Origin: an uncultured delta proteobacterium
GTDB taxonomy: Bacteria > Desulfobacterota > Desulfobacteria > Desulfobacterales > UBA2156
NCBI GenBank assembly: GCA_963698465.1
Contig: CAVOQY010000004.1
Location: 38,521-102,520, forward strand
Direction of reading: 5' to 3'
DNA: 64,000 nucleotides
The translations under genes and the position numbers were made by a program. The notes below the pieces were generated by a model. It was not told where the DNA came from, did no database searches, and was given only the letters and a program-made list of their open reading frames with translations. Below are positions 39,622-47,538 of this stretch, one piece after another. Positions within the stretch are counted from its first letter, which is position 1. Each line of letters starts with the position of its first letter.

Positions 39622-40944
39622 TCAGCCGAAGACCAGCCTGGGAAGCCAGGTGGCCAGTTTCGGAAAAAAGACCACCATGGCCAGCCCGATGAGCTGAACC
39701 AGGACAAAGGGGATGATCCCCCGGTAGATGTGCCCCGTGGTGATCTCGGGCGGCGTCACCGCCTTGAGGTAAAACAGCGAAAACCCGAAGGGCGGCGTGA
39801 GAAACGACGTCTGGAGGTTGACCGCCAAAAGGATGCAAAACCAGATCGGGTCAAAGCCGAACTCGATCATGATGGGGGCCAGAACGGGGACATGGATGAA
39901 GGTGATCTCGATGAAATCGAGGAAAAACCCGATGAGAAAAATCAACCCCATGACGATGGCCAGCACCGCATAGTGGCTGTATTTATCCGCCAATCCCCCC
40001 AAAAACTCCCGCACCAGCCCGTCGCCCCCGAGCCCCCTGAAGACCAGCCCGAAGGCGGCCGCACCGCACAGGATGATGAACACCATGCAGGTCAGGCGCA
40101 CTGTGGTGTGCATGACCTCCTTGAGAATGGTCATGGAAAATTTCTTGTTGATCACCGTCAAAAAAGTGGATCCCACGGCCCCGACGGCGGCGGCTTCCGT
40201 GGGGGAGGCGATTCCCGCAAAGATCGACCCCAGGACAGCAAGCATCAGGAACAAGGGAGGGACAAGCGCCCTTCCCACCCGTCTGGCCATCTCCCGTGAG
40301 GTGATGGACGCCAGTTCGGCCCTGGAAATGGGGGGTGCGACTTTGGGTTTAACAAGGGATATGATGAGGATATAAGCGATGAACAGGCCGACCAGGAGAA
40401 ACCCCGGCAATATGGCGCCGATGAACAGGTCCCCCACGGACACCCCCACGATGTCGCCGATGAGCACCAGAACGATGCTGGGCGGAATGATCTGGCCCAG
40501 CGTCCCGGATGCGGCCACAGTGCCGGTGGCAAGCTCCCTGCTGTAGTTGCGTCGCATCATGGTGGGAACGGCCAGAAGCCCCATGGTAACGACCGTGGCC
40601 CCCACGATCCCTGTGCTGGCCCCCAAAAGCGCCCCGACGATGACCACGGAGATGGCCAGCCCGCCCCTCAGCCGGCCGAAGAGGAGGCCCATGGTGTCCA
40701 GAAGCTCTTCCGCCAGACCGCTGCGCTCCAGCATGACCCCCATGAAGACGAAAAGGGGAACGGCCAGAAGCGTCACATTGATCATCACGCCCCAGATGCG
40801 AAGGGGCAGGAGGTTGAAAAAAGACCACCCGAAACCGATGAGCCCGAAACAAAGGGCCGTCCCCATGAGGGTGAAGGTCACCGGAAACCCGGCCATCAAG
40901 AGGATGGTCAGGGCCAGAAACATCCATGCGGGCAAATATTCCAT
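39622..40944 (-). CDS. TRAP transporter large permease (DctM family)
   Basis: A 440-aa polytopic protein with the typical DctM N-terminus MEYLPAWMFLALTILLMAGFPV and FGWSFFNLLP. Confidence 0.9.
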   Translation of the reverse strand: MEYLPAWMFLALTILLMAGFPVTFTLMGTALCFGLIGFGWSFFNLLPLRIWGVMINVTLLAVPLFVFMGVMLERSGLAEELLDTMGLLFGRLRGGLAISVVIVGALLGASTGIVGATVVTMGLLAVPTMMRRNYSRELATGTVAASGTLGQIIPPSIVLVLIGDIVGVSVGDLFIGAILPGFLLVGLFIAYILIISLVKPKVAPPISRAELASITSREMARRVGRALVPPLFLMLAVLGSIFAGIASPTEAAAVGAVGSTFLTVINKKFSMTILKEVMHTTVRLTCMVFIILCGAAAFGLVFRGLGGDGLVREFLGGLADKYSHYAVLAIVMGLIFLIGFFLDFIEITFIHVPVLAPIMIEFGFDPIWFCILLAVNLQTSFLTPPFGFSLFYLKAVTPPEITTGHIYRGIIPFVLVQLIGLAMVVFFPKLATWLPRLVFG

Positions 40945-41474
40945 CAGCGGGGGCCCTCCTGTGCATCACCGCGGCCCAACACCTCAAGGAGGCTTTTCAA
41001 TCCCAGGGAAATTCCCTGGAGAAGCAGGAGCGCAAAGCCCACGGGGATGCACCCTTTGACGATAAATCGGAAAGGAATGCCGCCGGGGTCCGGGGACCCC
41101 TCCATGATGGACCAGGAATTGACGACGAATTTCCAGGAAGTCGTGATCACCATGAGACAGCCCGGGATCAGGAAAAGAAGGACGCCCAAAAGGTTCACCC
41201 AGGCCCTCCCCTTGGCGTTCAGGCGCTGATAGACGATGTCCACCCGCACGTGCCCGTCATGGAAAAGAGTGTACCCGGCGCCGATGAGGAAAATGAAGGC
41301 AAAGAGGTGCCACTCCAGCTCCTGGGTGAAAACGAAGCTGGTATTGAACGCGTAGCGCATCACCACGTCCACGAAGACTACCGCCACCAGCCCGAGAGCC
41401 ACCCAGGCCACCCCTTTGCCCACCCACTCGTTCAACTGATCGATCCCGTGCGCAACGGCTTTCAATGTTTTCAT
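40944..41474 (-). CDS. TRAP transporter small permease (DctQ family)
   Basis: A 176-aa, four-TM protein. Its stop shares one base with the DctM start (TGATG). Confidence 0.85.
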   Translation of the reverse strand: MKTLKAVAHGIDQLNEWVGKGVAWVALGLVAVVFVDVVMRYAFNTSFVFTQELEWHLFAFIFLIGAGYTLFHDGHVRVDIVYQRLNAKGRAWVNLLGVLLFLIPGCLMVITTSWKFVVNSWSIMEGSPDPGGIPFRFIVKGCIPVGFALLLLQGISLGLKSLLEVLGRGDAQEGPR

Positions 41475-41731
41475 CGTCTTCCCTTAATTGACGCTTTTCC
41501 TTCAGTGGTTCGGTTGTATAGGAAAAATGTCAGCAGGAGTCAAGGTCATTTCCGTCAGATCCCCTATTTTATAAGGATTCCGGAAAGCCGCCTCCAGGGA
41601 CCCGTTCCTCCTTTTTCCGGTTATCCTTGATCCCCGAGCCGGTTTGTTATACGAAGGGTTCTTCGAGGGAGGGGCGTTGGCGTTTCCTGCAGGCCCCTCA
41701 TGGAAAAACCCCCAACCATTGGAAGCCTGAA

Positions 41732-43606
41732 ATGCCAACGAGAGCTTACTGGGCCGACACTTACGTGGAAAAACGACGTCAAGGCCGGGATGCCATCCGG
41801 AAGATCCGGCCGGGCCAGAGAGTCTTCATCTCGTCTTCCAGCGGAGAACCCCAGCACCTGGTCCGCCTGCTGGCGGAGGAAACCAACCGCTTCCCGGACA
41901 TCGAGATCGTCAGGCTCTTCAGCACGGAGAGCGTCCCGCTGAGCCTGATCGCCAACAAGGGGCAAGGCCAGAGCCTCACCATCCGATCTTTTTATCTGGG
42001 ATCGGCCAAGGCGAAAGGGATCCAGCGAAACAAGCGCTTTATCACGCCCATCAACCTTTCCGCCATCCCACGGCTCTTTAAAACGCGGAGAATGCCCATC
42101 CATGTGGCCTTGATTCAGACCACCCCCCCCGACGATTTCGGCTGGATGAGCCTCGGCGTTTCCGTGGACATCACCCTGGCAGCGGCCACCTCCGCCGATC
42201 TCGTCATCGCCCAGATCAATTCCAAAATGCCCAGGGTCCTGGGAAGAAGCTTCATCCACGTCAACGATGTGGACGTGATTGTGGAATACGACGAAAATCT
42301 CCTCACCCTCGGCCCCCAACCGGAGCTGGAATCGGCCAATATCATCGGCAGGCAGGTGGCCCGCCTCGTGGATGACGGATCGACCATCCACGTCAGCCTC
42401 GGAGCCACCCACCAGGCCACCCTTCTGGGCCTTTCCAAAAAAAACGATCTCGGCGTACATTCCCAATACCTCACAGACGACATTTTGCACCTGTTTTCCA
42501 TGGGGGTCATCACCAACCAGAAAAAAGGATTCAACGAGGGAAAACTGGTGGCCAGCAGCGCCGTGGGATCCGAAAACCTTTACGAATTTTTAAACGACAA
42601 TCCTGCCATCGATTTCCAGCCGTCCGATTACGTCAACGATCCGGCCATCATTTCCCGGCATCATAAAATGGTCTCCATGCACGTCGCCATGACCATGGAT
42701 CTCACCGGCCAGGTCTCCGCCGACGCCCTCCCACACAACAACTTTTCAGGGGTCAACGGCATGCTCGACTTTGTCAGAGGGTCGGCCCTGTCCGAGGGAG
42801 GAAAATCGATTCTCATGCTGACCTCTACGTCCAGGGATGGGAAGAAAAGCCGCATCGTTCCCTTTCTGTCCGACGAAGCCGTGGTGGTCCCCAGGGGGGA
42901 TGTCCAATACGTCATCACCGAGTATGGGGCGGTGAATCTGTTCGGCAAAAGCCTCCAGGAAAGGGCCATGGCCATGATCAGCATCGCTCACCCCGATTTC
43001 AGGGACGAACTGTTCTTCGCGGCCAAAAAGCTGGGGATCCTCGACGCCGGGAGAAAGCGCCCCGACTTCTCCCGCGGCGTCTACCCGCTCAAGCTCGAGG
43101 AGACCCGGATCATCGACGATCAGGAAGTGGTCATCCGTCCGGCAAAACCGGTGGATGAAAGGCGGATCCAGGAGCACTTCTATACCCTGGAAAAAGACGA
43201 CGTGGTTTCAAGGTTTTTCCACGAGAAATCGGCCTTCATGCGGGATGAAATCGAAGGGCTTTCCCAGATCGATTATATCAACGACCTCACCCTCGTGGCG
43301 GTGGTGGGCGAATTCGGGTTCGGCCGGGTCGTGGGCATCGGGGAATACCTGTTGGACCCGGCGAAAAACATCGCGGAGGTGGCCTTTTCCATCAGCAAGG
43401 ATTTCCAGGGAAAAGGCATGGGAAAAATCCTGCTTTCCAAGCTGGCCGAGGCCGCCCGGGAAAACGGGATTACCGGCTTCATCGCCTACACGTCCCCCCA
43501 AAACCGCGGCATGATCAACCTGTTTAAAACTTTGCCTTTCAAGACCCAAACCACCTTCGACAGCGATGTCCTCATGTTGACCTGCCGGTTCGACGAAAAG
43601 CGATAA
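41732..43606 (+). CDS. acetyl-CoA hydrolase/transferase-family domain fused to a C-terminal Pat-type GNAT acetyltransferase domain
   Basis: Residues 1 to about 450 have FISSSSGEPQHLV and FSGVNGMLDFVRGSALSEGGKSILMLTSTSRDGKKSRIVP (CoA-transferase family). Residues about 460-624 have VVIRPAKPVDERRIQEHFYTL...SRFF...LSQIDYINDLTLVAVV...AEVAFSISKDFQGKGMGKILL (GNAT). ATG at 41732. Confidence 0.85.
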   Translation: MPTRAYWADTYVEKRRQGRDAIRKIRPGQRVFISSSSGEPQHLVRLLAEETNRFPDIEIVRLFSTESVPLSLIANKGQGQSLTIRSFYLGSAKAKGIQRNKRFITPINLSAIPRLFKTRRMPIHVALIQTTPPDDFGWMSLGVSVDITLAAATSADLVIAQINSKMPRVLGRSFIHVNDVDVIVEYDENLLTLGPQPELESANIIGRQVARLVDDGSTIHVSLGATHQATLLGLSKKNDLGVHSQYLTDDILHLFSMGVITNQKKGFNEGKLVASSAVGSENLYEFLNDNPAIDFQPSDYVNDPAIISRHHKMVSMHVAMTMDLTGQVSADALPHNNFSGVNGMLDFVRGSALSEGGKSILMLTSTSRDGKKSRIVPFLSDEAVVVPRGDVQYVITEYGAVNLFGKSLQERAMAMISIAHPDFRDELFFAAKKLGILDAGRKRPDFSRGVYPLKLEETRIIDDQEVVIRPAKPVDERRIQEHFYTLEKDDVVSRFFHEKSAFMRDEIEGLSQIDYINDLTLVAVVGEFGFGRVVGIGEYLLDPAKNIAEVAFSISKDFQGKGMGKILLSKLAEAARENGITGFIAYTSPQNRGMINLFKTLPFKTQTTFDSDVLMLTCRFDEKR

Positions 43607-43654
43607 GCGGTTTTGGGCTGTCGGGCCCCATCCGATACGGAGCAAGAAATCCCT

Positions 43655-45604
43655 ATGCACAAAATTCTTTTTTTACCCCATCAGAAGGAAGTCCAGGTCC
43701 AGGACGGGGAAAATCTCATCCGGGCGGCCCTGGAAGCCGGCGTTCACATCAACGCCTCCTGCGGCGGTGCGGGCATCTGCGGCAAGTGCCGGGTGATCCT
43801 CGAAAAGGGACAGGTGGAAGGAGGCCTCTCCGAAAAATTGACCCGGGAAGACATTGAAAAAGGATACCGTCAGGCCTGTCTGGCCTCCGTCGTGGACGAC
43901 CTGGTGGTCCGGGTTCCGGTGGAATCCGAAATCGATGTCAGTGTCCTCAATGCGCAAAGCATCCCCCGGAAAACCGCCCGTATCCAGGAAATGAACCTGG
44001 AGGAGCTCAGGGAAAAGGGCCTTTTCGTCCCCCCGGTGGAAAAGAAATACCTGGAACTGGCGCCGCCTTCGGTCCAGGACAACCTGCCGGATGCTTCCCG
44101 CCTTCTCGGCTTCCTCAATCTGGCCCATGACGAACACCGGCTGGAGGTGGACCTGTCGGTGCTGCGAAAGATCCCGGACGTCCTGAGGGATGGGGATTTC
44201 AAGGTCACCGCCACCCTGGCCCGCCCGGTCCGAGAAATCGACGGACGCACCCGAATCGTCAACGTCCAACCCGGGGACACCACCGCCCGCAATTACGCCA
44301 TCGCCATGGACATCGGGACCACGACGCTTTACGGTCAGCTCCTTGACCTGAGAAGCGGCGAGGTATTGGCCCAGTACGGCGATTTCAACGGGCAGATCAG
44401 CTACGGAGAGGATGTCATCAGCCGGATCGTCTATGCGGAAAAACCCGGGGGGCTGGAGAAGCTGCACCAGGTGGTGGTCGATACCATCAACAGGATCATC
44501 CAAAAGCTTTTCCGGCATGCCCGGATCGAACGGGATGAGGTTTCCACCATCACGTTGGCCGGCAATACCACCATGACCCAGCTTTTGTTGAAGATCAATC
44601 CCAAGTATATCCGGCGCTCCCCCTACGTCCCCGCCTCCACCCTTTTCCCTCCCATCCGGGCCGTGGACCTGGGGATCGACGTGGGGGACCCTGTGACCGC
44701 CCTGTTCTATCCGGCGGTCTCCAGCTATGTGGGAGGAGACATCGTTTCGGGCGTCATGGGCTCCGGGATGTACCGCTCGGAAGCCCTGTGCCTGTTCATG
44801 GACATCGGAACCAATGCGGAAATCGTCATCGGAAACAAGGACTGGCTCGCCTGCGCAGCCTGTTCCGCAGGGCCTGCATTCGAAGGGGGCGGCATCCAGT
44901 TCGGCATGCGGGCGACCAAGGGCGCCATCGAGGACTTCTCCATCGACCCTGTCACCCTGGAGCCCATGATCCTCACCATCGGCAACGTAAGGCCCAAAGG
45001 GATCTGCGGCTCCGGATTGATCTCCGCGGTGGCCACCCTTTTCGAAACAGGGGTCATCAGCAACTCCGGGAAATTCGACCGGAGCCTGGGCTCCCTCCGG
45101 ATTCGGGAAACCGACGGGGTGGCGGAGTTCGTCCTGGCCTTTGCCGACGAAACCCAGATCGGCCGCGACGTGACCCTGACGGAACCGGACATCGACAATC
45201 TCATCCGGGCAAAAGGGGCCCTGTTCAGCGGCTGCATGACGCTTTTGGAAGAGGTCGGCCTGAGCCTGGCCGACGTGGAACGGATCTATCTCGCCGGCGG
45301 TTTCGGAAGCTACGTGGACCTGGAAAAGGCCATGACCATCGGCCTCTTGCCGGAAGCGGACCCGGAAAAGGTCGTCTACGTGGGAAACGGCTCCCTCATG
45401 GGGGCCAAAATGAGTTCCCTGACCAACCGCATCCGGCGTGACGTGGTGGAAGTGACCCGGAAGATGACCAACTTCGAGCTCAGCGAAACCTCTTCCTACA
45501 TGAACCACTACATCGCCGCGCTTTTCCTGCCCCATACGGACATGGAACGCTTCCCTCGGCTTCAAGAGCGCCTGAGGGCCCGAAACGCGCTTCAAAAACA
45601 ATAA
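43655..45604 (+). CDS. acsV: corrinoid activation/regeneration protein (RACo/AcsV-type: [2Fe-2S] ferredoxin + ASKHA ATPase)
   Basis: The N-terminal plant-type ferredoxin motif is SCGGAGICGKCRV. The ASKHA phosphate loop is AMDIGTTTLYGQL, followed by FMDIGTNAEIV. It lies next to the CFeSP genes. Confidence 0.85.
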   Translation: MHKILFLPHQKEVQVQDGENLIRAALEAGVHINASCGGAGICGKCRVILEKGQVEGGLSEKLTREDIEKGYRQACLASVVDDLVVRVPVESEIDVSVLNAQSIPRKTARIQEMNLEELREKGLFVPPVEKKYLELAPPSVQDNLPDASRLLGFLNLAHDEHRLEVDLSVLRKIPDVLRDGDFKVTATLARPVREIDGRTRIVNVQPGDTTARNYAIAMDIGTTTLYGQLLDLRSGEVLAQYGDFNGQISYGEDVISRIVYAEKPGGLEKLHQVVVDTINRIIQKLFRHARIERDEVSTITLAGNTTMTQLLLKINPKYIRRSPYVPASTLFPPIRAVDLGIDVGDPVTALFYPAVSSYVGGDIVSGVMGSGMYRSEALCLFMDIGTNAEIVIGNKDWLACAACSAGPAFEGGGIQFGMRATKGAIEDFSIDPVTLEPMILTIGNVRPKGICGSGLISAVATLFETGVISNSGKFDRSLGSLRIRETDGVAEFVLAFADETQIGRDVTLTEPDIDNLIRAKGALFSGCMTLLEEVGLSLADVERIYLAGGFGSYVDLEKAMTIGLLPEADPEKVVYVGNGSLMGAKMSSLTNRIRRDVVEVTRKMTNFELSETSSYMNHYIAALFLPHTDMERFPRLQERLRARNALQKQ

Positions 45605-45646
45605 AGGGGAGAAAAAAATTAAATTCCATTCAGTTTGCCTAACCTG

Positions 45647-45673
45647 TTGACAAGCCGGAACTCCAACTATAAA
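45647..45673 (+). promoter_or_regulatory. candidate sigma70 promoter for the acsD-cooS-acsB-acsC-acsE operon
   Basis: TTGACA (45647-45652), 15 nt, TATAAA (45668-45673), in the AT-richer 297-nt gap. The spacing is shorter than the 17-nt optimum, so this is tentative. Confidence 0.3.
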
Positions 45674-45901
45674 AGGTATCCTTTGTGTCAGAATCCTGAA
45701 AAATCGCTTTAAAACCCTCAAAAGAAAGACTTTCGACAGGCGCCACGGCCAGCCGAGGAGCATGAAATCGCCCGGTAAAGGGCATAAGCATATCGAAATC
45801 CACATCTGGAAAGGAGGCGGTTGAGCGCGAAAAGGAAAACAAGCGTGACAGAGGGATTGATCATCCACAAAAACCTTAACACTGTGATTTAGGAGGGAAC
45901 A

Positions 45902-47224
45902 TTGGGCTTTGCATTTTATAAAGAGAGTTACACCGGCAAAATCAAGGAGATCACCATCGGCAAAGGCGATACGTCGGTGAAGGTGGGAGGGCAGAATTGC
46001 TATCCCTTCTACCTGTTCGAGGGGGAGATGCCCAATAGGCCCAAGATCGCCATGGAGGTCTGGGACATGGAACCCGAAGATTGGCCGGAATCCGTTCTTT
46101 GCCACTTCAAGGACGTGGTCTCGGACCCGGCTGCCTGGGCTAAAAAATGCGTGGAAACCTTCGGTGCCGAAATCATCGTCCTCCAGCTCAAGAGCACGGA
46201 CCCAAACGGCAAGAACGCCGGAGCCGCCGAGGCGACCCAGACGGTGAAAAAAGTGAGCGCAGCCGTCAAGGTGCCGCTGATCGTCTGGGGATCGGCCAAC
46301 CCGCAAAAGGACGAGGAAGTCTTCAAGAAAGTGGCCGAAGATTGCCAGGGTAAAAACATCACCCTCGGGCCTGTTGAAGATAAAAACCACAAGGGGATCG
46401 GTGCGGCGGCCATGGGCTACGGACAAACCTTGATCGCCTCCTCTCCCATCGATGTGAACCTGGCCAAACAGGTCAACATCCTTCTGGAAAACCTGGGCGT
46501 GCCCACGGACAAGATGCTCATCGACCCCACCACCGGGGGTCTGGGATACGGCCTGGAATATTCCTATTCCGTCATGGACCGGATCCGGATGGCGGCTTTG
46601 ACCCAGGGCGACGACAAGCTCCAGCTGCCCATCATCAACAACCTCGGAAACGAGGTTTGGAAATGCAAGGAAGCCAAGGAGTCGGCGGAATCGGCTCCTA
46701 CCCTTGGAGACCCCGAAAAGCGGGGCGTGCTCATGGAAGCCGTCGGGGCCGTCAGCTACCTCATGGCAGGATCCGACATCCTCATCATGCGGCATCCCGA
46801 AGCCATCCGGATGGTCAAGGCTTTCATCGGGTTGGCCATGGAGGGAGGATCCGCCCAGAAGGCCACTGCCATAGAAAAAGCACTTCCCGCCGCTGACATC
46901 GATTATGCGGCACTGGCGCCGGCTCCCGATCTGAGCATCCAGGCGGAAAAAGAGAAAAAAGCGGTACCGGCGGAAAAGAAAGCCCCTCCCAAGGCGGCCG
47001 AAGCTCCCAAAGCCGCACCCAAGAAAGCCGCACCGGCACCGCCGAAACCCGCAGAAAAGGAAGCGGTAAAGCCCGCAGCGGAAGCCAAGCCTGTGGACAA
47101 GGAAGCCGAAGCCAAGGCCCAAGCCGAGGCACAAAGCCCAAGCCGAGGCTGCGGCCAAGGCCAAGGCAGAGGCGGAAGCCAAAGCCAAGGCCCAAGCCGA
47201 GGCCAAAGCCAAAGCCGACGCTGA
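45902..47224 (+). CDS. acsD: corrinoid iron-sulfur protein small subunit AcsD/CdhD-type, with a low-complexity C-terminal extension
   Basis: The TTG start follows AGGAGGG. The core of about 316 aa is colinear with AcsD as I remember it ([21 protein letters not shown]...[24 protein letters not shown]...[14 protein letters not shown]). It is followed by a Pro/Ala/Lys/Glu-rich tail. The annotated stop at 47222 lies inside a repeat, after an apparent frame break near 47135. Confidence 0.85.
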   Translation: MGFAFYKESYTGKIKEITIGKGDTSVKVGGQNCYPFYLFEGEMPNRPKIAMEVWDMEPEDWPESVLCHFKDVVSDPAAWAKKCVETFGAEIIVLQLKSTDPNGKNAGAAEATQTVKKVSAAVKVPLIVWGSANPQKDEEVFKKVAEDCQGKNITLGPVEDKNHKGIGAAAMGYGQTLIASSPIDVNLAKQVNILLENLGVPTDKMLIDPTTGGLGYGLEYSYSVMDRIRMAALTQGDDKLQLPIINNLGNEVWKCKEAKESAESAPTLGDPEKRGVLMEAVGAVSYLMAGSDILIMRHPEAIRMVKAFIGLAMEGGSAQKATAIEKALPAADIDYAALAPAPDLSIQAEKEKKAVPAEKKAPPKAAEAPKAAPKKAAPAPPKPAEKEAVKPAAEAKPVDKEAEAKAQAEAQSPSRGCGQGQGRGGSQSQGPSRGQSQSRR

Positions 47225-47462
47225 AGCAAAGGCCCAAGCGGAAGCCAAAGCCAAAGCCGACGCTGAAGCCAAAGCCCAGGCCGAAAGGGAGGCACGGGAA
47301 GAGGCCATCCGGGCCCAGAGGGCCAAGGAAAGGGAAGCTCTTGCGGCGAAGCGGTCCACCGTGAAAAAAGCGAAAGTCCCGGCAACAGCGGCCGCCGAGC
47401 AGAAATCCATGGCGGACAAGCTCATCGATCGTCTGAACCGGATCCACAGAAGGATCGCGTGA
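47136..47462 (+). other. +1-frame continuation of the AcsD tail (108 codons with no start codon of its own)
   Basis: My translation of frame 0 from 47136 is [108 protein letters not shown], then stop (TGA 47460-47462). It continues the [11 protein letters not shown] motif that the acsD frame carries up to 47134. Confidence 0.6.
47154..47285 (+). repeat. GCC-AAR-rich coding tandem repeat; two 42-nt units at 47202-47243 and 47244-47285
   Basis: The units are gccaaagccaaagccgacgctgaagcaaaggcccaagcggaa and gccaaagccaaagccgacgctgaagccaaagcccaggccgaa. They differ at 4 synonymous-looking positions. A more degenerate copy sits at 47154-47201. Confidence 0.85.
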
Positions 47463-47538
47463 TGGGTGGCTCCCAACAGAATAAAACCCGATTATTTTCA
47501 ATCTGAAAGCATATTTTAATAACGAGGAGGAACCTCTG

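Noticed and set aside
41677-41691. Sigma54-like TGGCGTTTCCTGCA upstream of the CoA-transferase/GNAT gene
   Set aside because: The GG and GC dinucleotides are separated by 8 nt instead of the 10 nt required by the -24/-12 consensus.
47154-47285. Possible CRISPR or other non-coding repeat array
   Set aside because: The units are 42 nt, directly abutting without spacers and with strict 3-nt periodicity (GCN-AAR codons). This is a coding tandem repeat, not a CRISPR array.
43673-47476. Giant 1267-aa minus-strand ORF spanning the RACo and acsD genes
   Set aside because: It is antisense to two genes with unmistakable motifs (ferredoxin/ASKHA and AcsD). Its translation is low-complexity (Ala/Gly/Leu/Phe/Arg runs, GFGF/ALAS repeats mirroring the acsD repeat) and has no recognisable domain. 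This is a typical stop-free shadow frame in high-GC DNA.
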